Below, piece after piece: positions 8,054 through 20,300 of a stretch of DNA of 64,000 nt. The notes beneath the pieces are model-generated. The model did not search any database, was not told the DNA's origin, and worked only from the letters and a program-made list of their open reading frames with translations. Origin of the DNA: a virus. The stretch is from positions 14,710 through 78,709 of the IMG/VR virus record IMGVR_UViG_3300032246_001438, one strand, 5' to 3'. Position numbers and translations under genes: made by a program. Within the stretch, counting starts at the first letter, position 1, and every line of letters begins with the position of its first letter.

Positions 8054-8452
8054 ATGGCAATTGCCCCAACACCAAAGTTTCCTGAACGTCCAGGCAACAC
8101 TTACGACCGTAAGATGTCCCCTGCAACTCCAGGACAACGCGGCCCTCTTCGCTTTGAAGAAGGTCTTGCAACAGACACCGACATTCCACAGGAATTTACT
8201 AACGGTGCAATGCAGGGATACGAACCTGCAGCAGGTCGTCCTAACCGTAACAAGCCAGTCCACACAAAGACAGCTGAAGAAACAATGCGCGAGCGTGCTC
8301 ACGTAGGTTCAGCAGCTTGGGTAGAAGCACCAGCAAACTTGTCAGAATTTTCTGCTGGCGCATTTGCTGACCATGGCGATAACCGCTTTGAGGAAGTTTT
8401 CCGCAGCGGCGCTAATCAAAAAGCATCTAACCCTTCAGTCGTAAACGATTAA
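8054..8452 (+). CDS. Hypothetical head-module protein
   Basis: Strong RBS, biased codons, lies between terL and portal. Confidence 0.7.
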   Translation: MAIAPTPKFPERPGNTYDRKMSPATPGQRGPLRFEEGLATDTDIPQEFTNGAMQGYEPAAGRPNRNKPVHTKTAEETMRERAHVGSAAWVEAPANLSEFSAGAFADHGDNRFEEVFRSGANQKASNPSVVND

Positions 8453-8460
8453 TTAGGTTT

Positions 8461-8519
8461 CCTACCCCCGTTTTTCTACAGGCGTTTAACATACCTGGCG
8501 GGGGTAGGTTCCTTATTTA
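8461..8519 (+). terminator. Long GC-rich stem-loop or terminator
   Basis: CCTACCCCCG...CGGGGGTAGG enclosing an inner CAGG/CCTG hairpin. Confidence 0.55.
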
Positions 8520-8533
8520 TAAAAGGATTTGAT

Positions 8534-8839
8534 ATGGCATTAATTAGAGGTAAAGAAGTAAAAGAAACGGAAAAACGGGAAGCCGCTAATCCTAAACTTT
8601 GGAACATGATTACTGCTCAAGCAGGGACAAAATTTTCTAAAAACTCTCCCGCCCGAGGTCACTGGATTCATGCCAGATACAACCAAATGGGCGGTCAATA
8701 CGTTAAATCTAAAAAAGAGGTGGACCCCCGTTTTAGAGATTACACACACGAAGCATTAGAGAAAAAAGAAGAGTCAGAAAAAAAGAAGGTCACTAAGCCA
8801 GTTGCTAAAAAAGTTTTAAGCAAAAAGCGCTTTAGCTAA
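8534..8839 (+). CDS. Basic hypothetical protein
   Basis: Lys-rich ORF with RBS. Confidence 0.65.
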   Translation: MALIRGKEVKETEKREAANPKLWNMITAQAGTKFSKNSPARGHWIHARYNQMGGQYVKSKKEVDPRFRDYTHEALEKKEESEKKKVTKPVAKKVLSKKRFS

Positions 8840-8891
8840 ATTTACTATTCGTGGTATTCTTAGCGCCTCTTAAGTTAGAAACAGGTGAGTT

Positions 8892-10598
8892 TTGAGCGGT
8901 ATTGATTTTTCGCCTCCCTCATACAGGGCTGCATCTAGCGACCTTACAATATCTATCTCTCCCCTTGGATTGGTGGAACTAGCAGATGAAGAGTTCGAAG
9001 TTCACGGCCCTCGTCTTAATCGCTATTCTCTTAACTGGGCCATGTATCTTGGTCATCACTATTCTTACCGCCGTCAAGTAGGCGAATCACAATTAGTTCT
9101 TAACTATTTCCGCGCTTTTTCAGATTTTATTATTAACTTTACTTTTGGTAAAGGTGTTAACTTCCGCTCACCAAAAGAAACAGAAGCTATTGTTCCCGAC
9201 CTTCTTGAAAGAGTATGGGAAGTAGATAACAATAAAGCTACAGTATTGTGGGAAATGGGTCAGCAAGGCGCTGTATCTGGAGACTGTTTTGTTAAGGTTG
9301 CCTACGAAGAGCCTTGGACAGACCCTTCAGGAATGCAACATCCAGGTCGCGTACGCATCCTTCCACTTAACGCGTCTTTTTGTTTTCCAGAGTTTCACCC
9401 GCATGACCGCGAACGTTTAATACGTTTTAAATTAAAGTACCGTTTCTGGGGCACATCTCTTGAAGGTACACGTCAGGTATTTACTTACACTGAAATCCTT
9501 ACAGAAGATGTGATTGAGGAATACATCAACGATGAACTTATTGATTCTCGCCCTAACCCGCTTGGCACTATTCCCATTATTCATATCCCTAATATTCGTA
9601 TTAGTGGTTCTCCTTGGGGTCTCTCTGATTGTCACGACGTTATTAATATCAATCGTACTTATAATGAAACTGCTACTGATATCGCTGACATCGTTAACTA
9701 CCATGCTGCGCCCGTCACGGTCATCATCGGTGCTAAGGCTTCTCAGCTTGAAAAGGGCGCTAACAAAGTCTGGGGTGGTCTACCAAAAGACGCAAGAGTA
9801 GAGAACCTAGAAGGTGGAGCACAGGGTCTTAAAGGCGCTATGGAGTTCTTAGCTATGCTCAAGAAGTCCATGCATGAAATGATTGGTATTCCTGAGACCG
9901 CTCTTGGTCAAGCACAGCCTATCTCTAACACATCAGGCGTTGCGCTATCTATCCAGTTCCAGCCTTTGATGAACCGCTACCACCAAAAGATTATTCAATA
10001 TGCACGTGGCCTAGAACGAGTTAACGAGTTAATTTTACGTAGCCTTGCAGTTAAAGAACCAGAAACCTTTACCTGGAACCCAGAATCAGATGTTAAGTTG
10101 AAAAAGGGACAAGTTGCTCAACTAGACCCTAATGACCCCATCACATACCTTTCATATGTACATTTCCCACAGCCTCTGCCATTAGATAAGTTAATTGCTC
10201 TTAATGAGGTTCAATCTATGCTTTCTCTTGGTCTTGAGTCTAAAGAAGGCGCACTTAGAACTCTTGGAGAAGAGTTCCCTGCTGCAAAACTTAATGAGAT
10301 TCGTCAAGAACTTCTTGATGACGCTACCGCTGACGGAGCGCTTAAGTTGCTACAAACTCAAATTGAACAAGAAATTGCAGAATTAACAGGAACTATGCCA
10401 AATCCAGAAACTGGTGGTGCCCCAGGCGCTCCAAGCGCAACTGGTAAACCAGGCGCTCCTGCTGTATTACCACCAACAATAGATGGCGCACTAGCAGCCG
10501 CGGACATGGGTGAAGCCGACCTCCGCAACAAGCTAGTAACAGAAGCTTATGGAACAGTCCTCCCTCAGAGGCGCGTTCCAGAAGAGTACGAAAAATAG
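8892..10598 (+). CDS. Portal protein (SPP1-like family)
   Basis: Size and position; NPLGTIPIIHIPN...PWGLSD, SNTSGVALSIQFQPL motifs. Confidence 0.9.
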   Translation: MSGIDFSPPSYRAASSDLTISISPLGLVELADEEFEVHGPRLNRYSLNWAMYLGHHYSYRRQVGESQLVLNYFRAFSDFIINFTFGKGVNFRSPKETEAIVPDLLERVWEVDNNKATVLWEMGQQGAVSGDCFVKVAYEEPWTDPSGMQHPGRVRILPLNASFCFPEFHPHDRERLIRFKLKYRFWGTSLEGTRQVFTYTEILTEDVIEEYINDELIDSRPNPLGTIPIIHIPNIRISGSPWGLSDCHDVININRTYNETATDIADIVNYHAAPVTVIIGAKASQLEKGANKVWGGLPKDARVENLEGGAQGLKGAMEFLAMLKKSMHEMIGIPETALGQAQPISNTSGVALSIQFQPLMNRYHQKIIQYARGLERVNELILRSLAVKEPETFTWNPESDVKLKKGQVAQLDPNDPITYLSYVHFPQPLPLDKLIALNEVQSMLSLGLESKEGALRTLGEEFPAAKLNEIRQELLDDATADGALKLLQTQIEQEIAELTGTMPNPETGGAPGAPSATGKPGAPAVLPPTIDGALAAADMGEADLRNKLVTEAYGTVLPQRRVPEEYEK

Positions 10599-10601
10599 TC
10601 G

Positions 10602-10636
10602 TTTAACCTGACATTTTCGTGCTGAAAGGACAGAAT
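10602..10636 (+). promoter_or_regulatory. Phage promoter motif copy 3 (TTTAACCTGAC-N18-CAGAAT)
   Basis: Conserved motif and spacing upstream of scaffold and capsid genes. Confidence 0.6.
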
Positions 10637-10703
10637 ATAAACAACGTTTGGTCATATGTGTTATTAATTCGGACAACGACCCCTAGGATGTAAGGAAGCA
10701 AAA

Positions 10704-11483
10704 ATGGAAACAGCAGAAGTAAACGCCGAGGCCTTTGCGGTCGAAGCAGGAGTAGTTCCAGTTGTAGCGCAGTCGTCAGACAACGCAGTTGTCGCTGACG
10801 CACCTACTACTAAGGCAACTTCCAAGTTTTATACGGAAGATGACTTGGCAAAAGTTCGTAGCCAAGAGAAAGAAAAACTCTATCCTCAGATTGATAAGTT
10901 AAAGGAAGAACTAGATTTACTTAAGCGTGAGCGTGAAGAAGCAGCAGCAGCACGTGCAGCAGAAGAAGCAGCACGAGCAGCAGCAGAAAAAGAAGCTCTT
11001 GAAAGTGATTTAGATGTTCGTTCTTTACTTAAGCAAAAAGAATCAGAGTGGCAGGAGCAGTTGGAGCGTGAGCGCCAAGAGCGCGAACGAGCCTTTGCTC
11101 TTCTGGAACGCGAAAAGTCTTTTGCTGATTTACAGAGCTACCGTACACAACGTGTAGAGGCAGAACGTGATAACATTATTCCTGAACTACTTGACTTAAT
11201 TAGCGGTAACAACCGTGAAGAATTAGATGCAAGTATTGAAGGTTTAAGAGAACGTTCTGCAAAAATTCTTGAATCGGCGCAATCTGCTATGCAGAACGCT
11301 AGAAAAGAAATGACGGGGACACGGGTAACCACGCCCCCAGCTGGACCACTGGAAACTAATATGGAGCAACGTAACTTTACGGCTGAGGATATCTCAACCA
11401 TGTCGATGAACGATTACGCAAAATACAGAAGCAAGCTATTGAGTCCAAAAGCTCAAGGCAAGTCTTCGGGGCTGTTCGGTTAA
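10704..11483 (+). CDS. Capsid scaffolding protein
   Basis: Charged coiled coil, FYTEDDLAKVR motif, immediately upstream of the MCP. Confidence 0.8.
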   Translation: METAEVNAEAFAVEAGVVPVVAQSSDNAVVADAPTTKATSKFYTEDDLAKVRSQEKEKLYPQIDKLKEELDLLKREREEAAAARAAEEAARAAAEKEALESDLDVRSLLKQKESEWQEQLERERQERERAFALLEREKSFADLQSYRTQRVEAERDNIIPELLDLISGNNREELDASIEGLRERSAKILESAQSAMQNARKEMTGTRVTTPPAGPLETNMEQRNFTAEDISTMSMNDYAKYRSKLLSPKAQGKSSGLFG

Positions 11484-11523
11484 TCCCACCAAAACCCAAA
11501 TTCAACTAAGGAGTCATAGCTAA

Positions 11524-12594
11524 ATGGCATCAGGTATTACAGGTACAGGCAATCTTGCCGCAGCACCTACAGCGTACTCAGGTACAAATACACAGCTGAC
11601 TCAAGCGATTCAGACAATTTGGTCAAAGGAAATTCTTTTCCAGGCCATGCCAATCTTGCGCTTTGAGCAGTTTGCAGTAAAGAAGACTGAACTAGGAGTT
11701 GCTCCTGGTCTTCAGATTAACTTCATGCGTTACAACAACCTCGGCTTTGCGGGTTCACTCGTAGAAGGCGTGCGTATGCAGACTAACGCACTAACAGCAC
11801 AGCAGTTCTCAATCACAGTATCAGAGCATGGATATGCTCTTGCTGTTTCAGAGCTATTGCTTAATGCTTCATTCGATGACGTAATGGCTTCAGCCTCACG
11901 TCTTCTTGGTCGTAACATGGCTATCTATCTAGACCAGCTATCACGCGACACACTATACGCAGCAACTTCAACCATTTACGGTGAAGACCGCTCATCACTC
12001 ACAGCAGTAAACAACTGGTATGCAGATGGTACAACCGCTGCTAACCGTGCTGCTATGACAGGTACCTACTACTTGACACCTCATACAGTCAAGGATGCAG
12101 TAGAGACCCTAAGCACAAAGAACATCCCACGTCTTGGCGAAACCTACGTGGCGTTTGTTCACCCCCACCAGAGCCGTAAACTTCGTGATAATCCAGAATT
12201 TATTGAAGTCACAAAGTACGCTGCTCCAGGTAACTTCATGCTTGGTGAAATCGGTCGTCTATACGATTGCGTATTCATTGAAACAACTCAGGTTCTTAAG
12301 GTTGCTGGCGGCGCTGGTTCTTCTTACTCAGCTGATACAACTGTTGCTAACCCAACAGTAACAGCTGGTGGAGGATATACAACTCCTGCAACAAAGACAG
12401 GTAACGGTGGTTCTGACCGCTATGCAGCTATCTTCATTGGAGATAACGCATTCGGACACGCAATCTCACTTCCTGTTGAACTACGCGATGGCGGTATCTT
12501 AGACTTCGGTCGTGAGCACGCTCTTGCTTGGTACTCAATCTTCGGTCTTGGTCTAATTACTGACCAGTCTGTAATCATTGCAGAAACCAACTAA
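11524..12594 (+). CDS. Major capsid protein (N4-gp56-like, HK97 fold)
   Basis: 356 aa; YVAFVHPHQSRKLRDNPEF, GEIGRLYDCVFIET, DFGREHALAWY motifs; most biased codon use; followed by a terminator. Confidence 0.92.
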   Translation: MASGITGTGNLAAAPTAYSGTNTQLTQAIQTIWSKEILFQAMPILRFEQFAVKKTELGVAPGLQINFMRYNNLGFAGSLVEGVRMQTNALTAQQFSITVSEHGYALAVSELLLNASFDDVMASASRLLGRNMAIYLDQLSRDTLYAATSTIYGEDRSSLTAVNNWYADGTTAANRAAMTGTYYLTPHTVKDAVETLSTKNIPRLGETYVAFVHPHQSRKLRDNPEFIEVTKYAAPGNFMLGEIGRLYDCVFIETTQVLKVAGGAGSSYSADTTVANPTVTAGGGYTTPATKTGNGGSDRYAAIFIGDNAFGHAISLPVELRDGGILDFGREHALAWYSIFGLGLITDQSVIIAETN

Positions 12595-12610
12595 TTAGTT
12601 TAACCCGCTG

Positions 12611-12640
12611 AGGGGGTGGAGATAAAACTCCACCCCTAAA
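12611..12640 (+). terminator. Stem-loop after the MCP gene
   Basis: GGGGTGGAG-ATAAAA-CTCCACCCC. Confidence 0.65.
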
Positions 12641-12675
12641 GCACCACTTAACAGACATTCAATCGGAGGATACAA

Positions 12676-13044
12676 ATGGCAAGTAAAGTAAAACCAACAG
12701 ACGTCACGGGACGCGCTCGTGAAGCTCAAATTGCAGATAATATTGAGGCTCTTCAGGAACGTGCTGGTGAAATGTCTATGGCTACCGCAGCCGCTCAAAT
12801 TAAGCTTGAAACAGAAGTAATTGATGCAACACAACCAAATCGCGCAACTGTCATCATTGATGAACCAACAGTTGTAGGTTCAGCAGATGAGGACAAGGTT
12901 CTTATTCGTGTTGTAGAGGACATTGAACAAATGACTCTAGGTGCAGGAAATTATTTTAGTTTTAAAGCTGGACAGAAGTACAAGGTATCTCGTCAAGTTG
13001 CTCAGCACCTTGAAGAAAAAGGCTATCTAGCTGGAGTTATCTAA
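12676..13044 (+). CDS. Hypothetical head-associated protein
   Basis: GGAGG RBS; position after the MCP. Confidence 0.7.
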   Translation: MASKVKPTDVTGRAREAQIADNIEALQERAGEMSMATAAAQIKLETEVIDATQPNRATVIIDEPTVVGSADEDKVLIRVVEDIEQMTLGAGNYFSFKAGQKYKVSRQVAQHLEEKGYLAGVI

Positions 13045-13064
13045 ACTTTTATATTTGGCGTAGC

Positions 13065-13095
13065 GGCGGGCACATTGATGCCCGCTTCTTCGTTT
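13065..13095 (+). terminator. Rho-independent terminator
   Basis: GCGGGCA-CATTGA-TGCCCGC-TTCTTCGTTT. Confidence 0.6.
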
Positions 13096-13155
13096 ATACA
13101 GAATTTATTACTAATTACTGACACTATGTACTAGCTAGTGTGAGGGGTGGATTAA

Positions 13156-14214
13156 ATGGCTTTAATGGCAGATTTGGTCTCTCGAGTACGACTAGAACTC
13201 GGTGACATGCCTAAAATGTTTACCTTTGCCGTTACTGGCGATGGTTCCACTAAAGACTTTTATTTAAAAGAAAAACCTATTGACCCTTACACACTATATG
13301 TATCTATCAACAATGCCGCTGTTTTATCTGGAAGCGGATACAAATTAGAAAAAGATAAAGGCATGCTTCATTTTAGGTATGCGCTTACAGCATCTGAAAA
13401 TCTATTTGTTGCTGGAACTTCTTACCGCTACTTTACAGATGCAGATATTGAAACTTTTATTAACACTGCTGTAACCCAGCATTTGCACGAAAGAACTGAT
13501 TCATACGGAAGCAACATGTCTCTTGCAAAGCTTCCACCTGTTGAAGAGTACCCAGTTGCTATCCTAGCTGTAATTGAAGCCCTATGGGCTCTTGCTACTG
13601 ATGCATCTTTTGATATTAACATTAGCGCTCCAGACGGGGTTGTCATCCCACGTAACCAGCGTTACGAGCAATTGACTAATACAATCAATCAACGTTGGGA
13701 ACAGTACCGACAGCTATGCCAACAGCTAAACATTGGCCTCTGGAGAATTCAGGTCGGTACACTTCGTCGTGTTAGCCGCCTAACTAATAAATTTGTTCCT
13801 GTATATCTATCACAAGAAATTGACGATAGCCGTAAGCCAGAGCGGGTTTACCTTAATAATGACCTAATGGGAAGAACCCCTACCCCAAGCGCTGTAGAGG
13901 TATATGACATACAGATGTACCAAGGCGACTCATTTGAACGCCAAGTTGACTTTGATTTCAATATTACGGGGCTAGTTTGGAAAGCTCAAATTCGTACATA
14001 TCCGAATTCACCATCTTTATATGGCACCTTCAATGTTACAATTTTAGATGCTGCAACAGGTAGAATTAAGCTGTCAATGACAAACAGCGCTACAAAATAT
14101 TTGCCAGCACGAGCGTTTTGGGATTTACAGGCTACATCTACAACAGATGCAACCTTTGAGAGAACTTTTTTGCGAGGTCAAGTGTTCGTAACTCAACAGG
14201 TAACGGTGGACTAA
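13156..14214 (+). CDS. Head-tail adaptor/neck protein with C-terminal Ig-like (BppU-like) domain
   Basis: [11 protein letters not shown]...[11 protein letters not shown] adaptor pattern; YQGDSF...KAQIR...GRIKLS...WDLQ C-terminal domain. Confidence 0.65.
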   Translation: MALMADLVSRVRLELGDMPKMFTFAVTGDGSTKDFYLKEKPIDPYTLYVSINNAAVLSGSGYKLEKDKGMLHFRYALTASENLFVAGTSYRYFTDADIETFINTAVTQHLHERTDSYGSNMSLAKLPPVEEYPVAILAVIEALWALATDASFDINISAPDGVVIPRNQRYEQLTNTINQRWEQYRQLCQQLNIGLWRIQVGTLRRVSRLTNKFVPVYLSQEIDDSRKPERVYLNNDLMGRTPTPSAVEVYDIQMYQGDSFERQVDFDFNITGLVWKAQIRTYPNSPSLYGTFNVTILDAATGRIKLSMTNSATKYLPARAFWDLQATSTTDATFERTFLRGQVFVTQQVTVD

Positions 14215-14218
14215 GACT

Positions 14219-16921
14219 ATGCCAATTACCGTCATTGGACCAGACGATTCGAACTGGTACGTACCCGCAACTGGAACCACAGGTACCACAGGTACAACAG
14301 GTACAACAGGTACTAGTGTAACTGGACCAACAGGTCCTACAGGTGCAGCAGGCGCAACTGGACCAACAGGTCCCGCTGGAGCTGTTGGCCCTACTGGTGC
14401 TGGAGCAACTGGAGCAACTGGTGCTACTGGTCCTCGTGGTTTTTCTGGTTTACAAGGTAATGCTGGTGCAACAGGTCCAACTGGTGCACAAGGTATTTCA
14501 GGTTTGCAAGGACCAACAGGTGCTACAGGAGCCGCTGGTCAAGCAGTAACAATCAAAGGCGAGTACGCTAACTTAACAGCGCTTCAAGCGGCAGTCCCAG
14601 TTGGTCAACCTGGTGATGCTTATCTTCTTGCTAATGGAAATCTTTGTGTTTGGAATCCCCAAACATCTTCATGGCAAAATGTAGGTAACCTAGAAGGCCC
14701 TACTGGTGCAGCGGGTCCAACTGGTTCAACAGGACCTACTGGTGTTGCTGGTCCTACAGGACCACAAGGTACACAAGGCGTTTCTGGTATTGCAGGTGCA
14801 ACAGGTGCTACTGGCGCTGTTGGTCCAACAGGTGCACGAGGTGACACTGGTCCTCAAGGTGCTCAAGGTTTCTCTGGTTTAATAGGTCCAACTGGTTCTA
14901 CTGGTGCAACAGGACCATCTGTAACAGGTCCACAGGGCCCTGGATATAGTGGGGTGACCTCTTCTTCCGCAGTAACTATTGGTGGTGGAAATAAAGTATT
15001 TACTTTAAATACAACTAATCACGCATTTGTTACTGGACAACGAGCAAGAATTATTGCAACAGCAACTACTAATACTTGGATGGAAGGTTATTTATCCGTT
15101 GCTGGAACTAACTTAACAATTGCTGTTAATGCGTTAGACGGTGCAATTGGAACTCCATATAGTTCTTGGGTTCTTTCCTTAACGGGTGAGTTTGGTGACA
15201 CTGGCCCAACTGGTCCAACTGGTCCAACTGGTGCAACTGGTGCAACTGGTGCAGCATCAACTGTTGTCGGTCCTACAGGTCCTACAGGTATTTCTGGTGG
15301 TATCACATTTGTTATTACTGCAAATGGAACTACAAACTATGTAATCAATGGATTATCAAATCCAACTCTTACTGTTATCCGCGGTATTCGTTATCGTTTT
15401 GACGTAACAGCTGCGGGTCAACCATTCTTTATTCAAACAACTGCTGGTGCATATAGCCCAGGTAACCTTTACACAAATGGTGTAACAGGAAATGGAACTG
15501 CAAGCGGAAGCATTGTTTGGGATATCCCATTTGATGGTCCATCAACTCTTTACTATGCATCACAAAACAGTGCTAACTTAATTGGAACAATTAATGTAAC
15601 AACCGCTGGTCCCGTTGGAGCAACAGGTCCTACAGGAGCAACAGGAGCAGCATCTACAGTTGCTGGTCCTACAGGAGCAGTTGGTGCTACTGGCCCTACT
15701 GGTGCCGCTGGTGCTGTTGGTGCTACAGGTCCAACAGGTTCTGCGGGTACTGCAGGTCTTCCAGGAGCTATTGGTCCAACTGGTGCACAGGGTCCACAAG
15801 GTATTCAAGGTGTTGCTGGAGCGGCTGGTGCTACTGGTGCAGCGGGTCCTACTGGTGCACGTGGTGCAACTGGTAACACTGGTCCTCAGGGTACTGGCGT
15901 TGTTATTGTTGGTTACTACGATTCTTACGCGGAGTTGATTTCCGCACATCCATTTGGTGCAGCAGGTGATGGTTACCTAGTTAATGGTTACTTATATATC
16001 TGGGCTGGCTATGCATGGATTAACGCTGGTTATATTCAAGGCCCTACTGGTCCAACAGGTATACAAGGTGCAGTTGGCCCAACTGGTTCACAAGGTATTC
16101 AAGGACCAACAGGTGCACAAGGTTCACAGGGTCTTCAAGGTTTAGTCGGTGCTACAGGTTCTGTAGGACCAACAGGTCCGCAGGGTGCGCTTGGACCAAC
16201 AGGTGCTACAGGCGCTACTGGACCAACATCAACAGTTCCAGGACCAACTGGACCTACTGGTCAAACAGGTGCGGGTTTATCTCTCAAAGGTTCTTACAAT
16301 TCATATGCGGAACTTCTTGCTGCACGACCATCTGGAAACGCAACAGGTGATGGCTATCTAGTTCTTGGTCAACTTTATGTATGGCAAGGAACTGCGTGGG
16401 TTAACGCTGGAAATATTGTTGGACCAACTGGTGCTACAGGTTCTATCGGTTTAACTGGTGCTACAGGCGCTACAGGTGCTCAGGGTATTCAAGGTGTAAC
16501 AGGTCCGACTGGTAATACTGGTCCACAACCATTTACAGTTATTGGAACTTGGCAGAGCGGTATTGCCTATGGAGTTGGGCAAGCAGTATTCTATGACACC
16601 CCGACTTTAAAGGGTACATATGTAAGAATTAATTCACAATCAACAGCGGGAATTAATCCGCTTGGAGATGTTGGAAACTGGATTCCACTTGTTGCTGCGG
16701 CAATTGGACCTACTGGTCCAACAGGTGCTCAAGGTTTAACAGGTTTGCAAGGACCTACAGGTGTTACAGGTCCTCAAGGTGTTACAGGTCCAACAGGAAA
16801 TCAAGGTTTACTAGGTCCAACTGGCCCTACAGGCATTACACTATTAAACGTAGATGCTGGCAGTCCAACAAGCAATTATGGTGGAACTGACACTATCGAT
16901 AGCGGAGGAGTTAACGGTTAA
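14219..16921 (+). CDS. Collagen-like fibre protein (G-P-T/G-A-T repeats with interspersed globular domains)
   Basis: Long Gly-X-Y runs; repeated GDAYL/GDGYLV...LYVW...W.NAG.I.GP modules. Confidence 0.9.
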   Translation: MPITVIGPDDSNWYVPATGTTGTTGTTGTTGTSVTGPTGPTGAAGATGPTGPAGAVGPTGAGATGATGATGPRGFSGLQGNAGATGPTGAQGISGLQGPTGATGAAGQAVTIKGEYANLTALQAAVPVGQPGDAYLLANGNLCVWNPQTSSWQNVGNLEGPTGAAGPTGSTGPTGVAGPTGPQGTQGVSGIAGATGATGAVGPTGARGDTGPQGAQGFSGLIGPTGSTGATGPSVTGPQGPGYSGVTSSSAVTIGGGNKVFTLNTTNHAFVTGQRARIIATATTNTWMEGYLSVAGTNLTIAVNALDGAIGTPYSSWVLSLTGEFGDTGPTGPTGPTGATGATGAASTVVGPTGPTGISGGITFVITANGTTNYVINGLSNPTLTVIRGIRYRFDVTAAGQPFFIQTTAGAYSPGNLYTNGVTGNGTASGSIVWDIPFDGPSTLYYASQNSANLIGTINVTTAGPVGATGPTGATGAASTVAGPTGAVGATGPTGAAGAVGATGPTGSAGTAGLPGAIGPTGAQGPQGIQGVAGAAGATGAAGPTGARGATGNTGPQGTGVVIVGYYDSYAELISAHPFGAAGDGYLVNGYLYIWAGYAWINAGYIQGPTGPTGIQGAVGPTGSQGIQGPTGAQGSQGLQGLVGATGSVGPTGPQGALGPTGATGATGPTSTVPGPTGPTGQTGAGLSLKGSYNSYAELLAARPSGNATGDGYLVLGQLYVWQGTAWVNAGNIVGPTGATGSIGLTGATGATGAQGIQGVTGPTGNTGPQPFTVIGTWQSGIAYGVGQAVFYDTPTLKGTYVRINSQSTAGINPLGDVGNWIPLVAAAIGPTGPTGAQGLTGLQGPTGVTGPQGVTGPTGNQGLLGPTGPTGITLLNVDAGSPTSNYGGTDTIDSGGVNG

Positions 16922-17334
16922 TGGCAATTAAAGTACAGTTCCGACGCGGTACTGCAGCTCAATGGACTTCAGCAAACCCTCTTCTTGCAGAAGGTGAATT
17001 GGGTCTTGAACTAGACACTGGAAAATTTAAAGTTGGTAACGGCACACAGAACTGGAGTGCGCTAGTATATGCTAGTGGTATCCAGGGTCCAACAGGACCT
17101 GCAGGTGCTAATGGAACTATTGGTGTTAACGGTGCTACTGGTGCAACAGGTGCAACAGGTGCGACTGGACTTCGTGGACCAACTGGTACGGCAGGTCCAG
17201 CGGGCGATGGCGGTCGCGGTGAACAACTGGTATTAGATGCTCAATTAGAACTTGGCATTTTCTTCCCTCGTTATTCACAGACCACAACAACATACACAAC
17301 AACCACTGTTGTTCCACCGATTACACTAATCTAG
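16921..17334 (+). CDS. Mtd-N/hyaluronidase-N-like domain protein with short collagen segment
   Basis: [41 protein letters not shown] motif. Confidence 0.8.
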   Translation: MAIKVQFRRGTAAQWTSANPLLAEGELGLELDTGKFKVGNGTQNWSALVYASGIQGPTGPAGANGTIGVNGATGATGATGATGLRGPTGTAGPAGDGGRGEQLVLDAQLELGIFFPRYSQTTTTYTTTTVVPPITLI

Positions 17335-17346
17335 GAAGGTAATTTA

Positions 17347-20300
17347 ATGGCACGTAATATTGCTCCCGAGGAGTACGCGTTTAATCCAGCGACTCGTCAG
17401 ATTACGCTTAATCGTTATATTCAAGAGAAGCACATCTTCCTTATCGCTAATGCGACTGACAACATTGTCATGTTCAACTTCTCTGACCCAAGTTTAAAAG
17501 CAACTATTTCGTATACCTATCCAACATTCAGCATTTCAAATGACACTGGAACAACTGTATACCAAACAGTTATTACTCTTCAATATGACACAACATCGAT
17601 GTCTTCTACAGACGTGCTTCAAATTATTATTGATGACGAACACCAAAAGGTAACTTTTGATGACACTATGATTGATGGAGCTCAGAAGCTAAAGACTTCA
17701 ACTCCACAGTCTTTGATGGATACAGACTTTGAATACTCTGTTCAGCCATCTAAGTGGGAAGCAGTATTCCTTTCAAACAACTACCCTTCATTCTTTGCTA
17801 AGCCTTCAGGCGGTAACGCTGTTGAAGTTGCATCTGTTGTTGGTGACGGAGTTAGCCCACGTTCAACTGTAACAGTAACAACTACTTTCCCTCACGCATT
17901 CTTGCCAAACCAAGTGTGTTCAGTTCAAGAAACGCTTAACTACCTTGCAGAAGGTACAGCGCTTATTACTTCAACTCCTACACCTAACTCATTTACTTAT
18001 ATTGCTCGTGGTGTGGTTTCTGGAGATATCCTTTCTGGAACATTAACATCTATCTATGGTGGAGACATCTATGATGGCGCTCACATCCCTGGTGGTAACT
18101 ACCCAGGTCTTGGATACAACGCAGCTGGTATTAACACTCTTAACCGTTGGATTGCCTCAACTGATGGCGCTGCTCCAGTTTCAACAGTGACAGTTACATT
18201 TGATAACCCACACGGTGTTTTTCCAGGAGCTTCAATTGTTGTTGCTGGTACAAACAGCTTTGATGGTAACTGGCAGGTTAGCCAAGTTGCTACAACTCGT
18301 ACATTAAGTTTCCAGCTCTCACGTCAGCAGTCCGCTGTTTCAGTTCCTACAACAGCTTTGATTATGACAAAGGGCGACGGATACATTATTCACCGTCCAT
18401 ATGATGGTGGCGTTGCTTTGACAACAGCTACAAACTCAATGGGCTCACAGACAATTCGTCAGACTCGTCGTTATTTCCGCTACCAGTCTGGTAAGTCAAT
18501 GCAGTTCTCAACTGGAGCTCAATTGACTCCTGTTTATGATGTTGAAGCCATGTACTTAAATGGCGGCGCAATTGGACCAGCTTATGTAACAGTTCAAACT
18601 GTACAAGACCACGGTTTCCAAGCTGGTGTTGTTATTGGTGTTGAAGGTGTAGAAACACGATACCCTTACAACCCATTTAATGGTCAATATACAGTTACAA
18701 AAATTATTAACAACAATACATTTGAATATGCTGTGACTCTTACATCAGTAATTCCTACAGTTGATATTAACCCAGCTGGTATTAACGTATACATCCACGC
18801 TCGTGCCTGGGATGGCGCTGTTACACGCTGCGGATTGTTTGATGACCAAAACGGATTTTACTATGAGTATGATGGTCGTGAAATGTACGTATGCCGTCGC
18901 CACTCTGAAAAAGAAGGTATTGGTCGAGTTAACGTAACAAAGAATTCAAGCCTTGTTACTGGTCTTAGCACACAGTTCCGTAAGCAAATTAATACAGGAC
19001 AGTCTGTTGTTATTAAGGGAAATACCTACAAGGTAATTCAGATTAACTCTGATACATCTTTCAATATTGCTCCAGCGTATCGTGGCGTTACTGCTACAAA
19101 AACTCGCTACTTAATTACACAGACACAACGTGTTGCACAAGACGAGTGGAATATTGACCACTTTGATGGAACAGGCCCATCTGGTTACAAGATGGATGTA
19201 GGTCGTATGCAGATGGTTTACATCGACTACACATGGTATGGCGCTGGAACTATTCGTTTTGGTATGCGTACTGTTGACGGTAAGATTAGATGGTGCCATC
19301 GTATGTCGCAGAACAACGTTAACAACGCTGCGTACCAGCGCTCTGGTAACTTGCCTGCTCGCTACGAAGTAGCTAACGACCCAGCTTACTTCTCACGCAT
19401 GCTTGCTGGAGACGCTAATGGAACTCTTGGCGCAGCTCTAGGACCTAACGCAAATATTGTGTGGGTTGAAGATACTCATGACTGGCCTGAAGCTGGCTAC
19501 ATCTATGTCAAGGATGACACTAACTGCGAAATTATGAAGTACTCTTCAATTGGAGCTTATAATCCTACAAAGGGTTGTGCACCAATTTATATCTCAGAAC
19601 GTCGCTCATCTATCACACAGATTTATCCAGACATCCCATTCACATTCTCTGGTACAAAGTCTCCAGTAACATTTACTCCAGACTCATCAATCACAGGTAC
19701 TGGTGGAAACGCTCAGGTAGCAGTTCAATCAATTACTCAGAACTGTGCTCCAATGATTTCTCACTGGGGTTCTTCTATCATCATGGACGGTGGATTTAAC
19801 CAAGAAGGTACATTCGTCTTTACTGGTGGTATGAACAAGTACCTATCAATAGCAGCGGGTGTTACCCGCCCTCTAGTAGCTGTGCGTCTTGCTCCATCTG
19901 TGGACAACGCGATTGCACGTAACTTTGGTGTTCGTGAAATTGTGAACCGCATGCAGCTTCAGATGAACGGTATCGGTATCCAGGCAAACGGTTCATTCCG
20001 TCTTGACGCTGTACTGAACCCAATTGCTATTGAATATACAAAGTGGACAGCTGCTCAGCTAGCAACTACTCGTACTTCAGTAACAGGTTCTGGTGGTCAG
20101 ATTTATGTAACTATCGGTGATACAACAGGTACTGTGGGTCTTGCTCCAGGTATGTTTATGACTGGTTCAAATTTAAGTGCTGGAACAACAATTGCAGCAA
20201 TTGCTGGTAACCGACTTACACTATCACTACCTCTTACTGGAACAGCAACAGGTACTTATACCTTTACTCCCACACGTGGTTTTGATGGTATCCCTACTGA

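Noticed and set aside
14343-15949. Alternative-frame and antisense ORFs within the collagen gene
   Set aside because: Expected artefacts of the GGN-NCN-ACN codon periodicity
16921-17334. Diversity-generating retroelement suggested by the Mtd-N-like domain
   Set aside because: No reverse transcriptase and no TR/VR repeat pair differing at adenines seen in the window; Mtd-N is a common fibre-attachment domain
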